Sequence record: SRR31156797_14282
Length of the DNA stretch: 36,129 bases
Direction: 5' to 3' (one strand)
In this document: positions 20,019-28,888 of the stretch, piece by piece
Layout: the number at the start of each line of letters is the position of its first letter
Numbering within the stretch: the stretch's first letter is position 1
Translations under genes and position numbers: made by a program
Notes under the pieces: generated by a model
Database searches by the model: none
What the model was told of the DNA's origin: nothing
The model's input: only the letters and a program-made list of their open reading frames with translations

Positions 20019-20204
20019 AGCTGTTCCTTACTGTTTGCTTCATTTCACGAATGGATATGAATTTCATCAACGGATGAACTATTTCCAACGATTTACCTCA
20101 TATCTGAGTATCACCAGCGGAGGAGCAGGGTGGATATGAGTGGCCTGTAAACCGTTGGCTGAGGTAAGAATTCACTTTGTGCAGAAATTTATCAATTGCG
20201 TTGC

Positions 20205-20253
20205 CCGTTAAAAACGTCAAAATCACGCTGAACTCCGTCAGTAACGTCAAAAT
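20205..20253. promoter_or_regulatory. Paired 19-bp direct repeats, candidate ChiS binding sites in Pchb
   Basis: CCGTTAAAAACGTCAAAAT (20205-20223) and CCGTCAGTAACGTCAAAAT (20235-20253), 30-bp period. ChiS is known to bind two sites in V. cholerae Pchb; matching these repeats to those sites is inference. Confidence 0.6.
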
Positions 20254-20329
20254 ACGTGTTGTTTGTTGAAGTTTTAACCATGTTGTTTCTGCGAAATTGA
20301 AATTGTTCTCACTGGTTTTTATGGTTTGT

Positions 20330-20341
20330 GTGAGTGCTTAC
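20330..20341. promoter_or_regulatory. SlmA-binding site in Pchb
   Basis: GTGAGTGCTTAC versus SBS consensus GTGAGTACTCAC (10/12). SlmA is a known activator of V. cholerae Pchb. Confidence 0.75.
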
Positions 20342-20458
20342 TATCTTTACTTATCATTATTTTATTGGTTTTTTAATGTTTATCATCCAAAGTGAGAGTT
20401 TAATCACTAGCCTGTTTTCCCGTTAATTTTAATTTCTAAATTAATACTGGCAAATTGT

Positions 20459-20474
20459 TGTGATTGAACTCCCA
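20459..20474. promoter_or_regulatory. Putative CRP site upstream of chb
   Basis: TGTGA-TTGAAC-TCCCA (one mismatch to TGTGA-N6-TCACA). Confidence 0.45.
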
Positions 20475-20760
20475 ATCTGAAATATACAGCGCTGTTTTAA
20501 CCGTTAAAATGAAATAAAACATTGTTTTACTCTCGATTTTTGCCTAGGTAGGTGCGTTTTTGATTTGTTTTTTTTTATTAAAAAATAAGGGTGAAGGGGC
20601 CGTTTTGATGACACGGGCTGTGGAGAATGGTTGATTGGTGATGTCAGTGAAAATGATTGCGTATTGAGCTTGTAGAGCGCTTGTTATCTTCTCGGTAGGG
20701 TTAGGATAGCCAATGGTCGGTGAGTCGTTTGGGGAGCTGTAAGCCGCTTATTATCGATAT

Positions 20761-20783
20761 TAAAAAGCCCACCGAAGTGGGCT
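20761..20783 (-). terminator. Rho-independent terminator after chiS
   Basis: Minus strand AGCCCAC-TTCG-GTGGGCT-TTTTA: C(UUCG)G tetraloop plus U-tract. Confidence 0.9.
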
Positions 20784-20792
20784 AAGTATTCA

Positions 20793-23700
20793 TTAGGCTG
20801 AGGTGAGTAGTTTCTGCAGCTTGTTGCGAAGAGCTTCAATATGTATGCGCTCTGGACCGGGTTCTTGGTGGTGCTCAAGAATGTACTCCAAAGAGTTTAG
20901 AACCGTTCGCCAGCGAGGTGTTTTCGGCAGAGTCTCAACCCTCAAATACTTATCCAGAGTCCGAGTTTGTAACGTGCTTCTGTCTAGGTAGACCCGCCAC
21001 AGCCCGCTCTGTTCTGCAAAAGTAAACTTGGACTGTCCAGGCGCTTTTTCCCAGTAATCTAGTGCACTTGTCATTGCTTCTACCAGTACCGCGCGCATGA
21101 GGTCTTGCTTGGATTGGTTGTCACCTTCCGCCTTGTCAGCAATACGAGTAAATTCACCGCCTAACTCTTTCAACTCTTGCAGCTTTTCTTTATCTCCGCT
21201 AAATGCGTAGCTAGACAGTGCATCCACTGCGGTCTCAAGTTTTTGAATTCGCTGGGCACTGACATTGCCACCGACATTTAAAATGTAAATAGTTTGAATT
21301 CCTGAGCCATTAGGCAAGTTCAATATATCAGCTTGAATATGATGCCTAGCATCGTTGATATAGATATCGATTTCACCGCAATAGTGATCCTGAGTTTGGT
21401 TCAAATGCTTTGGCGCTACTATTTCACTGATGTGTGAGCGTTTAAGTTGTTCCTGACTGCGCTTGAAAAGACGTTCAGCAGCGTCATTGGCAAATCGAAT
21501 CTTGTTATCTTCACGAACACAAATAATAGCTTCAGGTGCAGATTCTAGCTGTTCAAGTAACTTTGATTGCGTTTCAAGCAAGTTTGCTTCGATTTGAGTT
21601 CGTTGTTTAATCTCTTCTTGTAACTGTAAGTTCTCTATACGACGTTTCTCTGCTTGGCTAACGGCGAGATGTGCGCTGATACGAGCCAGTAATTCTCTAT
21701 TGTTAAAAGGTTTCGACAGATAGTCATTCGCACCTGCAGAGAACCCTCGCAACCTGTCTTCAGTTTGATTGAGTGCTGTTAGCATTATGATAGGCAACTG
21801 AGCATGGTTATAGGTGTCTCTCAGTTTTTCACAGACTTGATAGCCACTCATGCCTGGCATCATGATATCCAGAAGAAGGAGTTCTGGTTTCTCTTTTTCT
21901 ACGGCTTCTAACACTTGGGGCCCATCAGAAACCGCGCGAACCCGATACCCTTCTACACGCAAGAAGCTGTCCAAAACTCGTAAGTTGACGGGTTCATCAT
22001 CGGCAATAATGAGCAGCGGACCGTCAGGATTTTCAGGTAAGGTTGTCGGATCGGGTAGCTCAATTTCGGTTGTTTCAACGGTTTGGTAATGAGGCTGTTC
22101 CTGCAAAGGAGCTTGAGCTATTTCATCTTCAGTTGCTAACGGTAGGGTAAAGCTAAACGTGGTACCAACCATGGGTTGGCTACTCACGTATAAGGTGCCC
22201 CCCATCAATTCAATCAGCTGGCGGCTTATTGATAAACCAAGACCAGAGCCCTGGCGATAGCGGTTGGTTTTCGCCCCTGCTTGAGTGAGAGGTTCAAATA
22301 TGTGTTCAAGATCTTCTGCTGGTATGCCTTGGCCTGTATCCACCACTTGAACACGAACTTTGTCGTCAAATTGTGAAGCTGAAATGACGATCTTTCCTTC
22401 TGAGGTATATTTAATCGCGTTGCCAACAAGGTTGTACAGCACCTGCTCTAAACGCTGTGGATCCGCTAATACCCAAATTTGGTTCTCTGAAATCTGATTA
22501 ATGATGCGAATCGGTTTTTTGCCTAACAGGTGGTTGGATAGTTCGAGCACAAGGCGTGTCGAGGTGGATAGCTCAACGGCATTGGCGTGGATATCTAAAC
22601 TCCCATAACGCATTTTATGGTAATCCAATAAGTCATCGACCAATGTTGCTAAACGCTGGCCACTGGTGGCAATGATATCGAGTTGATACTTGTGATCTGA
22701 AGTAATAGGACCGTTCGCCCCAGAAATCATCGCTTCAGCGATACCAATCATACCGTGTAGCGGGGTTCTTAGTTCATGGGACGTGGTGGCAAGAAACTCA
22801 TCTTTGAGTTTGTTTGCCAGTTGCAACTCATCATTTTGTTTGCGGATGATCTGAATATTTTTTTCCAGCTCGCTGTTTTGAGATTTGATCAGTTGAATTT
22901 TTTCGCGAATCGAGCGCTGCATTCGTTCAAAGCTAACCGCTAAGCGGCCGATTTCGTCACGGCGCTCGGTATTAATCATGCTTTCATCTAAATCACCCGC
23001 GGAGGCGCGTTCTGCTGCCCAGGTTAACTTTAACAAAGGTGCGGTAATAAAGTTCGAGAGGGTATGTGAAGCAATCACAACCAAAATGATGGCCGTGAGC
23101 ATGGCAAAAATGAACAGTTTCTCCAGTTGATATACCCGAGCAAAGGCTTCCTTCTCAGGCAGTTCAACCACGATTGCCCAGCGAGTATCTTTAAGATTGA
23201 TGGGCGCGTATGCCGCAATGTTTTTTTCACCAGCCGTGTCGGTATAGGTACCAACGTTTCGTTCACCTGAAAGTGCCAGAGCAACGACCTCAGAACTTTT
23301 ATTTATCTCATCTTGCAGGTATGACATTGTGCGAGAACGGTGGTTCTGACCAGCCAGTAATGTCTGCATCGTCGAACCGCTTTTATCTGCAATCAGTTTA
23401 GTGATTCCCGTATTGGGTAGGCGAAACATCGCATAACTGTGCAAATAACCTTGCTGGATGATAGGCGCTGCAAACCAAGAGAACTGCTGGCCATTTTCTT
23501 CAATGAAGTCAGACATGATTACTGGCGTGAAGTCTTCATTGGTTTCCCGGTGTTTAGTGACACTCAGCTCTAAACGTTGAAAGGTTTGACCTAAGTTGGT
23601 GTCTTTAAACTTGCCAGTAAATAGGTTGGTGCCGAACTCTTCGTTTTTATGGATTGAATAGGTGACGTTACCGTTAAGGTCAACCAATAGAATGTCGTCA

Positions 23701-24179
23701 AAGTCAGAGCGCTTAAGCAGCTCCATGTATGCCCAGTGGTAGCGTTTATGTAGCAAGCGGTAGCGTTCACTACCGATAAAGTTGCCAGATTGGGGCAATA
23801 TGGATGTCTTTATTTGGTCACCAGAGCCGGTAATGTATCGTTGTTGCGCGTTTTCTCTGGCTTGTTCTATGTCCTCACCAAGACGTGAAAATGCATTTAC
23901 TAAACCATAGAAACGGCCGCCACTCGCATAAGCCAGCTCTGAGCGGACAAATCCCATCACCTCGGACTCTTTAGCATTCAAATAGTCGATAACCTGCTGC
24001 TGCTTGGTATCGCGTACCGATAGTAAATGGGAAGTACTTTGTTCCTGCAGATCATCGATATGAGATTTCAGGAAAAAAATGGCGGTTGTGGTCAAAGGAG
24101 TAATGCTTAACACCAGAAACGCAAGCATTAAGGTATTTTGTAGACGCTTAAATTTTTGTCTGCGATAGAACCTAAACAT
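20793..24179 (-). CDS. chiS: Chitin sensor hybrid histidine kinase with C-terminal DNA-binding domain
   Basis: 1128 aa: TM, periplasmic domain, TM, HAMP (RRDEIGRLA), HisKA (SHELRTPL), HATPase (NAIKYT, DTGQG, GSGLGL), REC (ADDE, LLDIMMP), PAS-like domain and C-terminal LQTRTLDKYL domain. Adjacent to cbp. Confidence 0.95.
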   Translation of the reverse strand: MFRFYRRQKFKRLQNTLMLAFLVLSITPLTTTAIFFLKSHIDDLQEQSTSHLLSVRDTKQQQVIDYLNAKESEVMGFVRSELAYASGGRFYGLVNAFSRLGEDIEQARENAQQRYITGSGDQIKTSILPQSGNFIGSERYRLLHKRYHWAYMELLKRSDFDDILLVDLNGNVTYSIHKNEEFGTNLFTGKFKDTNLGQTFQRLELSVTKHRETNEDFTPVIMSDFIEENGQQFSWFAAPIIQQGYLHSYAMFRLPNTGITKLIADKSGSTMQTLLAGQNHRSRTMSYLQDEINKSSEVVALALSGERNVGTYTDTAGEKNIAAYAPINLKDTRWAIVVELPEKEAFARVYQLEKLFIFAMLTAIILVVIASHTLSNFITAPLLKLTWAAERASAGDLDESMINTERRDEIGRLAVSFERMQRSIREKIQLIKSQNSELEKNIQIIRKQNDELQLANKLKDEFLATTSHELRTPLHGMIGIAEAMISGANGPITSDHKYQLDIIATSGQRLATLVDDLLDYHKMRYGSLDIHANAVELSTSTRLVLELSNHLLGKKPIRIINQISENQIWVLADPQRLEQVLYNLVGNAIKYTSEGKIVISASQFDDKVRVQVVDTGQGIPAEDLEHIFEPLTQAGAKTNRYRQGSGLGLSISRQLIELMGGTLYVSSQPMVGTTFSFTLPLATEDEIAQAPLQEQPHYQTVETTEIELPDPTTLPENPDGPLLIIADDEPVNLRVLDSFLRVEGYRVRAVSDGPQVLEAVEKEKPELLLLDIMMPGMSGYQVCEKLRDTYNHAQLPIIMLTALNQTEDRLRGFSAGANDYLSKPFNNRELLARISAHLAVSQAEKRRIENLQLQEEIKQRTQIEANLLETQSKLLEQLESAPEAIICVREDNKIRFANDAAERLFKRSQEQLKRSHISEIVAPKHLNQTQDHYCGEIDIYINDARHHIQADILNLPNGSGIQTIYILNVGGNVSAQRIQKLETAVDALSSYAFSGDKEKLQELKELGGEFTRIADKAEGDNQSKQDLMRAVLVEAMTSALDYWEKAPGQSKFTFAEQSGLWRVYLDRSTLQTRTLDKYLRVETLPKTPRWRTVLNSLEYILEHHQEPGPERIHIEALRNKLQKLLTSA

Positions 24180-24249
24180 ATCAAAGAGATTTCTTTCAAT
24201 GAAACTTGCAGGAGAACCTGCAAGTTATGTGATCGACTAAAAACCAGTG

Positions 24250-24265
24250 TGTGACGAAATTAACA
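24250..24265. promoter_or_regulatory. Putative CRP site upstream of chiS
   Basis: TGTGA-CGAAAT-TAACA (one mismatch), about 70 bp upstream of the ATG. Confidence 0.55.
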
Positions 24266-24341
24266 AGTTTTTTCACTTTGACAAGTAAGTCCCACGTAAA
24301 GCGTGGTCATAGACTCATTTTATCGTTTGTTTAAGCTAATT

Positions 24342-25364
24342 TTAGGACTTTTTTGCTTGGTAAATAGCAAATTTGTTGGTCTTATTTAACGTCTCGCAAT
24401 TACCTAGTGATTTCTCAATAATTGGTGGGTATTTTAAGAAGCTGTTCGCAACAACGAATAGTTCTCCGTTGTTTGAAAGGTGATTTGCTGCTTTCTCTAA
24501 CAACGTTTCGGTGGCGTTATAGCTGGTATCTAAGCCCGCATGGAAAGGCGGGTTTGTGACGATGTAGTTATAATCTGTTGCAGTATCTGAGTAGATGTCT
24601 GAAGCAAATACTCGGCCCGATAATTGATTGGCTTTGAGTGTTTCTTCACTTGAACGAACGGCTAGTGCGCTGATATCGCACATTTCGAGTTCGATATCGC
24701 GGTTTATTGTCGCCATGACACAACCCAACACGCCTGCTCCACAGCCGAAATCAAGTACTTTACCTGAAAGTGGCGGTAAGGTATCCAGCAGTAAACGACT
24801 ACCAATATCAAACTCTCCGTGGCTAAACACTCCTGGTAAACTGCGGATGGTTAGATCGTGTTGCTGATATTGAACCTGGTATGATTTAAACCAGTCTTCA
24901 AGATGAAATGCTTTCGGTTGTTCAAGACATTGTCCCCAATAAAATGAACAGCGACGTGCAGAATCATACTTAGTGACGCGTCCATAAGCCGCGAACATTT
25001 TCTCGATACTTTTAACCCCAGAGCGGTTTTCACCTACCACAACGATTTCTGTATTAACGCCGAGCTTAGCCATCAGCATTGCAAGCAGATATTCTGCTTC
25101 CAGCTTGGCTTTTGGCCAATAGAGCAGGACCATATCGGCATCAATGTCATCTTGCAGCTCTACACCGAAATAGACTGAAATTGATGATTTCGATTCAAGC
25201 TGGCGATAATAGCCATAGTTGGTCGTGAATACCGAAACAGATTGACAGTGTTTGGCCAGCTCGACGGGGAATAGATCTTCAGCTTCTCCCGCAACTAATA
25301 CTTTCTTGTTTTCGAAATAGGCGAGTTGACGCTGTGCAATTTGACTTGGGGTAATGTAATTCAA
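24342..25364 (-). CDS. rsmC: 16S rRNA m2G1207 methyltransferase
   Basis: [31 protein letters not shown] (SAM binding) and TNPPFH. Start most likely TTG at 25364 (MNYITPSQ), not 25418. Confidence 0.93.
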   Translation of the reverse strand: MNYITPSQIAQRQLAYFENKKVLVAGEAEDLFPVELAKHCQSVSVFTTNYGYYRQLESKSSISVYFGVELQDDIDADMVLLYWPKAKLEAEYLLAMLMAKLGVNTEIVVVGENRSGVKSIEKMFAAYGRVTKYDSARRCSFYWGQCLEQPKAFHLEDWFKSYQVQYQQHDLTIRSLPGVFSHGEFDIGSRLLLDTLPPLSGKVLDFGCGAGVLGCVMATINRDIELEMCDISALAVRSSEETLKANQLSGRVFASDIYSDTATDYNYIVTNPPFHAGLDTSYNATETLLEKAANHLSNNGELFVVANSFLKYPPIIEKSLGNCETLNKTNKFAIYQAKKS

Positions 25365-25486
25365 GATTTCAAACTCGATGTAAAATTTTGGGGCCGATTT
25401 TCGCACAATCAGCCCCAAGTATGAAGGGGACAGACAAGCAACCTCAAGCTACTTGTTCAGCCGTAATTTATACTGTGCTACGGATG

Positions 25487-26572
25487 TTAGCTGTTGTCTT
25501 GGTTATCTAAGAAGCTATGGAACTCTTCTTCATAAATATTAAACAGAACAATCGCAATAGCAAAAATCAGAGGCCCATAAATCAAACCAATTAAGCCAAA
25601 TAACTGAATACCGCCTAACAAAGAGAAGAAAATCATCAGTGTATTCATCCCAGCACTGCCTTGCATCAGGAATGGACGTAATAAATTATCTATCGAACCT
25701 ACAATAGCAACGCTCCAAACCACCAGGAAAATGGCCCAAGTTGTATCGCCAGTTAAGAATAAATAAGTGGCGGTTGGAATCCATATCAGTGCAGTACCAA
25801 CCACAGGGATAAATGACGCAAAGCCCATCATGGTTCCCCAAAATAGACCGGGGAAACCCGCTAACCACATACCGAGGCCGCCTGCGAATCCTTGCGCAAT
25901 TGCGGTAAGGAAGGAGCCCATTACGGCTGATTTCGATACCTGCTCAATTTCGTCAAGTAACCGATCTTCCTGACTACGCGACAGTGGAAGAATATGACGA
26001 ATCGAAGCAATGATCTTTTCTCTGTCTCTTAACAAGAAGAAAAGCACAAACAGCATTAGGAAGAAGCTCATGATAAAGCTGGTCGCATCACCCAAAATTT
26101 TGGCGCTGATTTCGACTAGGTTGCTACCAAAGGAAGTCGCAAACTGTGCGATTTTTTGTGCGATTTGCTGTGGATTAATCCCTTCAAAAGGAAGATATTG
26201 ATTGGCAAGCGCTAACCCTTTAACCACCAAAGGATGATTAAATAGGGTTTGAATACCACCATGGGTCACCCACTGATAGACATTCTGGGAAAATTTCGAT
26301 CCCTGCTGAACGATAGCTGCGAAGACAAAAAGTAGTGGAATAACCACAATAAAGGTTAGGATGACACAGGATAATAGTGACGAAATATTCTTATGGTTTG
26401 GCATCCGTTGATCGATCTTTTCGTGAATGGGGATCATCAGCATAGATATGATGAATGCCATCACGATAGAGTTGATATAGGGTTCTACCAGAAGATAGCA
26501 GGCAAAGGCTGCGACAAGCAGAGCGATGACCAGAACCCAATGACTGGATGTAATTTTGACTTTGTCTGACAC
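25487..26572 (-). CDS. AI-2E family (PerM/UPF0118) transporter
   Basis: Hydrophobic protein with SFIPVVGT, IDNLLRP and FGLIGLIYGP motifs. Start likely GTG 26572 after GGGA. Confidence 0.88.
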   Translation of the reverse strand: MSDKVKITSSHWVLVIALLVAAFACYLLVEPYINSIVMAFIISMLMIPIHEKIDQRMPNHKNISSLLSCVILTFIVVIPLLFVFAAIVQQGSKFSQNVYQWVTHGGIQTLFNHPLVVKGLALANQYLPFEGINPQQIAQKIAQFATSFGSNLVEISAKILGDATSFIMSFFLMLFVLFFLLRDREKIIASIRHILPLSRSQEDRLLDEIEQVSKSAVMGSFLTAIAQGFAGGLGMWLAGFPGLFWGTMMGFASFIPVVGTALIWIPTATYLFLTGDTTWAIFLVVWSVAIVGSIDNLLRPFLMQGSAGMNTLMIFFSLLGGIQLFGLIGLIYGPLIFAIAIVLFNIYEEEFHSFLDNQDNS

Positions 26573-26605
26573 GTTGGTTGTCCCAATATTCAAATATATA
26601 AGTAT

Positions 26606-26712
26606 TATACTCAAGTGACCTCAAGATGCAGTATTCAGAGCTTCATCAACGAGTTCATAGCAAGCTTAATAACGGTAAGAATGGTTATTCCCCTTCAACG
26701 TTATTGAGTATA
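26606..26712. mobile_element. Internally deleted MITE-like element with TATA ends
   Basis: 107 bp bounded by 9-bp IRs TATACTCAA/TTGAGTATA. The left end TATACTCAAGTGACCTCAAGATGCAG..TTCAGAGC resembles a Vibrio intergenic repeat family (from memory, not searched). Confidence 0.6.
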
Positions 26713-26771
26713 TATAATGGCTGTAATTCAGCGAGTTAGCAATCAATTAGCATTGGAACGGAGTAGGGTGG

Positions 26772-26897
26772 ATGGGCTGTTGCAGTAATGAGAAAAATTG
26801 TGAATGTGAATCGAAGAGTACCATACGTGGCAAAGTTTCAATGGTGGGTATTGTTGCTATTGTACTGGTGGTTTTAGTCGTTATTAACTGGCAATAA
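26772..26897 (+). CDS. Small Cys-rich single-pass membrane protein (41 aa), not in the ORF track
   Basis: MGCCSNEKNCECESKSTIRGKVSMVGIVAIVLVVLVVINWQ*. Purine-rich GGAGTAGGGTGG precedes the ATG, TATAAT lies at 26713, and a terminator follows immediately. Confidence 0.75.
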   Translation: MGCCSNEKNCECESKSTIRGKVSMVGIVAIVLVVLVVINWQ

Positions 26898-26930
26898 AAA
26901 AGGCTGCTTGAAATGAGCAGCCTTCGTCTT
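26896..26930. terminator. Terminator between the small ORF and convergent hemL
   Basis: AAAAAAGGCTGCT-tgaaatg-AGCAGCCTT. U-tract on the minus strand, weaker T-rich tail on the plus strand. Confidence 0.85.
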
Positions 26931-26944
26931 CACTGTATCAGCGT

Positions 26945-28240
26945 TTATTTTGCTTCTTCAGCAATAGTCGCTAGGCATCGATCAGCGGCTTCCAGCGTAG
27001 CTTCAATCTCTCTTGAGCCATGGGCGAGTGAAGTAAAGCTTGCTTCGAATGCAGAAGGCGCAAGATATACGCCTTTTTCTAGCATTAGGTGGAAGAAGCG
27101 TTTAAAGCGTTCAACATCACACTTAGCGACGTCTTCATAACAGGTGATGGTTTCTTGGTCGGTAAAGAAGAAGCCGAACATGCCGCCAACTTGGTTCACT
27201 ACCATTGGAATCCCATACTTGTCCGCCAGATCTTTAAATCCATCTGCCAGGCGTTTGGTTTTAGAAGCCAGACGTTTTTCGTTGCCTTCCTCTTTTAGTA
27301 GAGAAAGTGAAGCAAGACCTGCTGCCATTGCAACTGGGTTGCCAGAAAGCGTGCCCGCTTGATATACAGGACCCGTTGGAGCGATGTACTGCATCACATC
27401 TTTACGACCACCGAAAGCGCCCACTGGCATACCGCCACCAATCACTTTACCTAATGTGGTTAAATCTGGTTTGATGTTGTAATGAGCTTGCGCGCCACCC
27501 AGTGCAACACGGAAACCTGTCATCACTTCATCAAAGATCAATAGTGCGCCTTCTTGGTCACAAATTTCACGCAGACCTTCGTGGAAGCCTTCTACAGGAG
27601 GGATACAGTTCATGTTGCCTGCTACCGGTTCAACGATAATACAAGCGATTTCACCTTTGTTCGCAGCAAACAGTTCACGAACAGAATCTAAGTCGTTAAA
27701 ACGAGCTGTTAACGTGTATTTAGCAAAATCAGCAGGAACACCAGGAGAGCTTGGTTGACCAAGCGTTAATGCACCGGAGCCCGCTTTTACAAGCAAGCTA
27801 TCAGCATGACCATGGTAACAACCTTCAAATTTTAGGATTTTGTCACGACCTGTGAAACCACGAGCTAGACGAATTGCACTCATGGTAGCTTCAGTACCTG
27901 AGCTTACCATACGTAGTTGTTCCATTGATGGAACAAGTTCAGAGACCAATTCAGCCATGGTAATCTCAACTTCGGTTGGTGCACCAAAGCTTAAGCCACG
28001 GTTTGCCGCATTAATTACCGCTTCACGAATCACAGCGTGGTTGTGGCCGAGGATCATTGGGCCCCAAGAGCCAACATAGTCAATGTATGCTTTACCATCA
28101 GCATCAAAGATAAAAGCACCGTCAGCACGTTCAATGAAAATTGGTGAGCCACCAACGCCGTTAAAGGCACGAACTGGGGAGTTAACGCCGCCAGGAATCT
28201 TTGTTTGAGCTTTATTATACAGATCAGCTGATTTGGTCAT
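26945..28240 (-). CDS. hemL: Glutamate-1-semialdehyde 2,1-aminomutase
   Basis: [35 protein letters not shown] and LGKVIGGG (PLP Lys). Confidence 0.97.
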   Translation of the reverse strand: MTKSADLYNKAQTKIPGGVNSPVRAFNGVGGSPIFIERADGAFIFDADGKAYIDYVGSWGPMILGHNHAVIREAVINAANRGLSFGAPTEVEITMAELVSELVPSMEQLRMVSSGTEATMSAIRLARGFTGRDKILKFEGCYHGHADSLLVKAGSGALTLGQPSSPGVPADFAKYTLTARFNDLDSVRELFAANKGEIACIIVEPVAGNMNCIPPVEGFHEGLREICDQEGALLIFDEVMTGFRVALGGAQAHYNIKPDLTTLGKVIGGGMPVGAFGGRKDVMQYIAPTGPVYQAGTLSGNPVAMAAGLASLSLLKEEGNEKRLASKTKRLADGFKDLADKYGIPMVVNQVGGMFGFFFTDQETITCYEDVAKCDVERFKRFFHLMLEKGVYLAPSAFEASFTSLAHGSREIEATLEAADRCLATIAEEAK

Positions 28241-28425
28241 TGATAGTTCCTCTTTATTATGTCTCGGACCAAGTTGCTGTGCATTGTACGCTTGTGAGTG
28301 CAGAGGTGAAATGTTTTCACCATTTTTCTGACTCTTCTCACTGAGTTAAAGCCACAATTTACTGAAAATAAGTGGGTTCATTATTGATATCTATCACTGT
28401 GGAATCGCGAACTTAGTTTTGGTGA

Positions 28426-28458
28426 ATACTTGAACGTAGCAGTCAGGTATTAGATAAT
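28426..28458 (+). promoter_or_regulatory. IscR type-1 site overlapping the erpA promoter
   Basis: ATACTTGAACGTAGCAGTCAGGTAT (25 bp) fits the IscR type-1 pattern ATASYYGACTRwwwYAGTCRRSTAT. It overlaps -35 TTGAAC(28430)-17 nt-GATAAT(28453). Confidence 0.75.
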
Positions 28459-28546
28459 CGCCGCATTATTAAAAAAGAGTCATGTCCATCAGATTGATAT
28501 CGTGAATAATATCTGGTGTGCATTTACGCGACACAGAGAGGTCATT

Positions 28547-28888
28547 GTGAGTGAAGTAAATGTACCGTTATCCTTTTCGGATGCAGCAGCAACACGTGTG
28601 AAAGCATTAATTGCTGAAGAAGAAAACCCAGCACTAAAACTACGTGTGTATATTACAGGTGGTGGTTGTAGTGGCTTCCAATACGGATTCACATTTGACG
28701 AGAATGTAAATGATGGAGACACGACAATTGAAAATAGCGGTGTAACCCTAGTGGTTGACCCTATGAGCCTACAATATTTGATTGGCGGAGTGGTTGATTA
28801 TACTGAAGGACTGGAAGGTTCTCGCTTTTTTGTAAACAATCCTAACGCAACAACCACATGTGGTTGCGGTGCATCGTTTAGTGTTTAA
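28547..28888 (+). CDS. erpA: Fe-S cluster insertion protein (A-type carrier)
   Basis: GGGCSGFQY and TTCGCGASF motifs; divergent from hemL. Start GTG 28547 after GAGAGG. Confidence 0.96.
   Translation: MSEVNVPLSFSDAAATRVKALIAEEENPALKLRVYITGGGCSGFQYGFTFDENVNDGDTTIENSGVTLVVDPMSLQYLIGGVVDYTEGLEGSRFFVNNPNATTTCGCGASFSV

Noticed and set aside
20391..20409. AGTGA-N9-TCACT inverted repeat in Pchb
   Set aside because: Spacing does not fit CRP and the arms are too short to assign to any regulator.
20684..20878. 64-aa ORF overlapping the chiS 3' end
   Set aside because: Runs through the chiS terminator in a different frame with no RBS; likely spurious.
5353..24179. chb-chiS locus as a novel system
   Set aside because: Well-characterised conserved Vibrio chitin utilisation program with the expected gene order.
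25365..25418. N-terminal extensions called by the ORF track (rsmC; likewise gspK, GH20, both ATPases, AI-2E, erpA)
   Set aside because: Longest-ORF artefacts; downstream starts with better RBS and family-typical N-termini exist.
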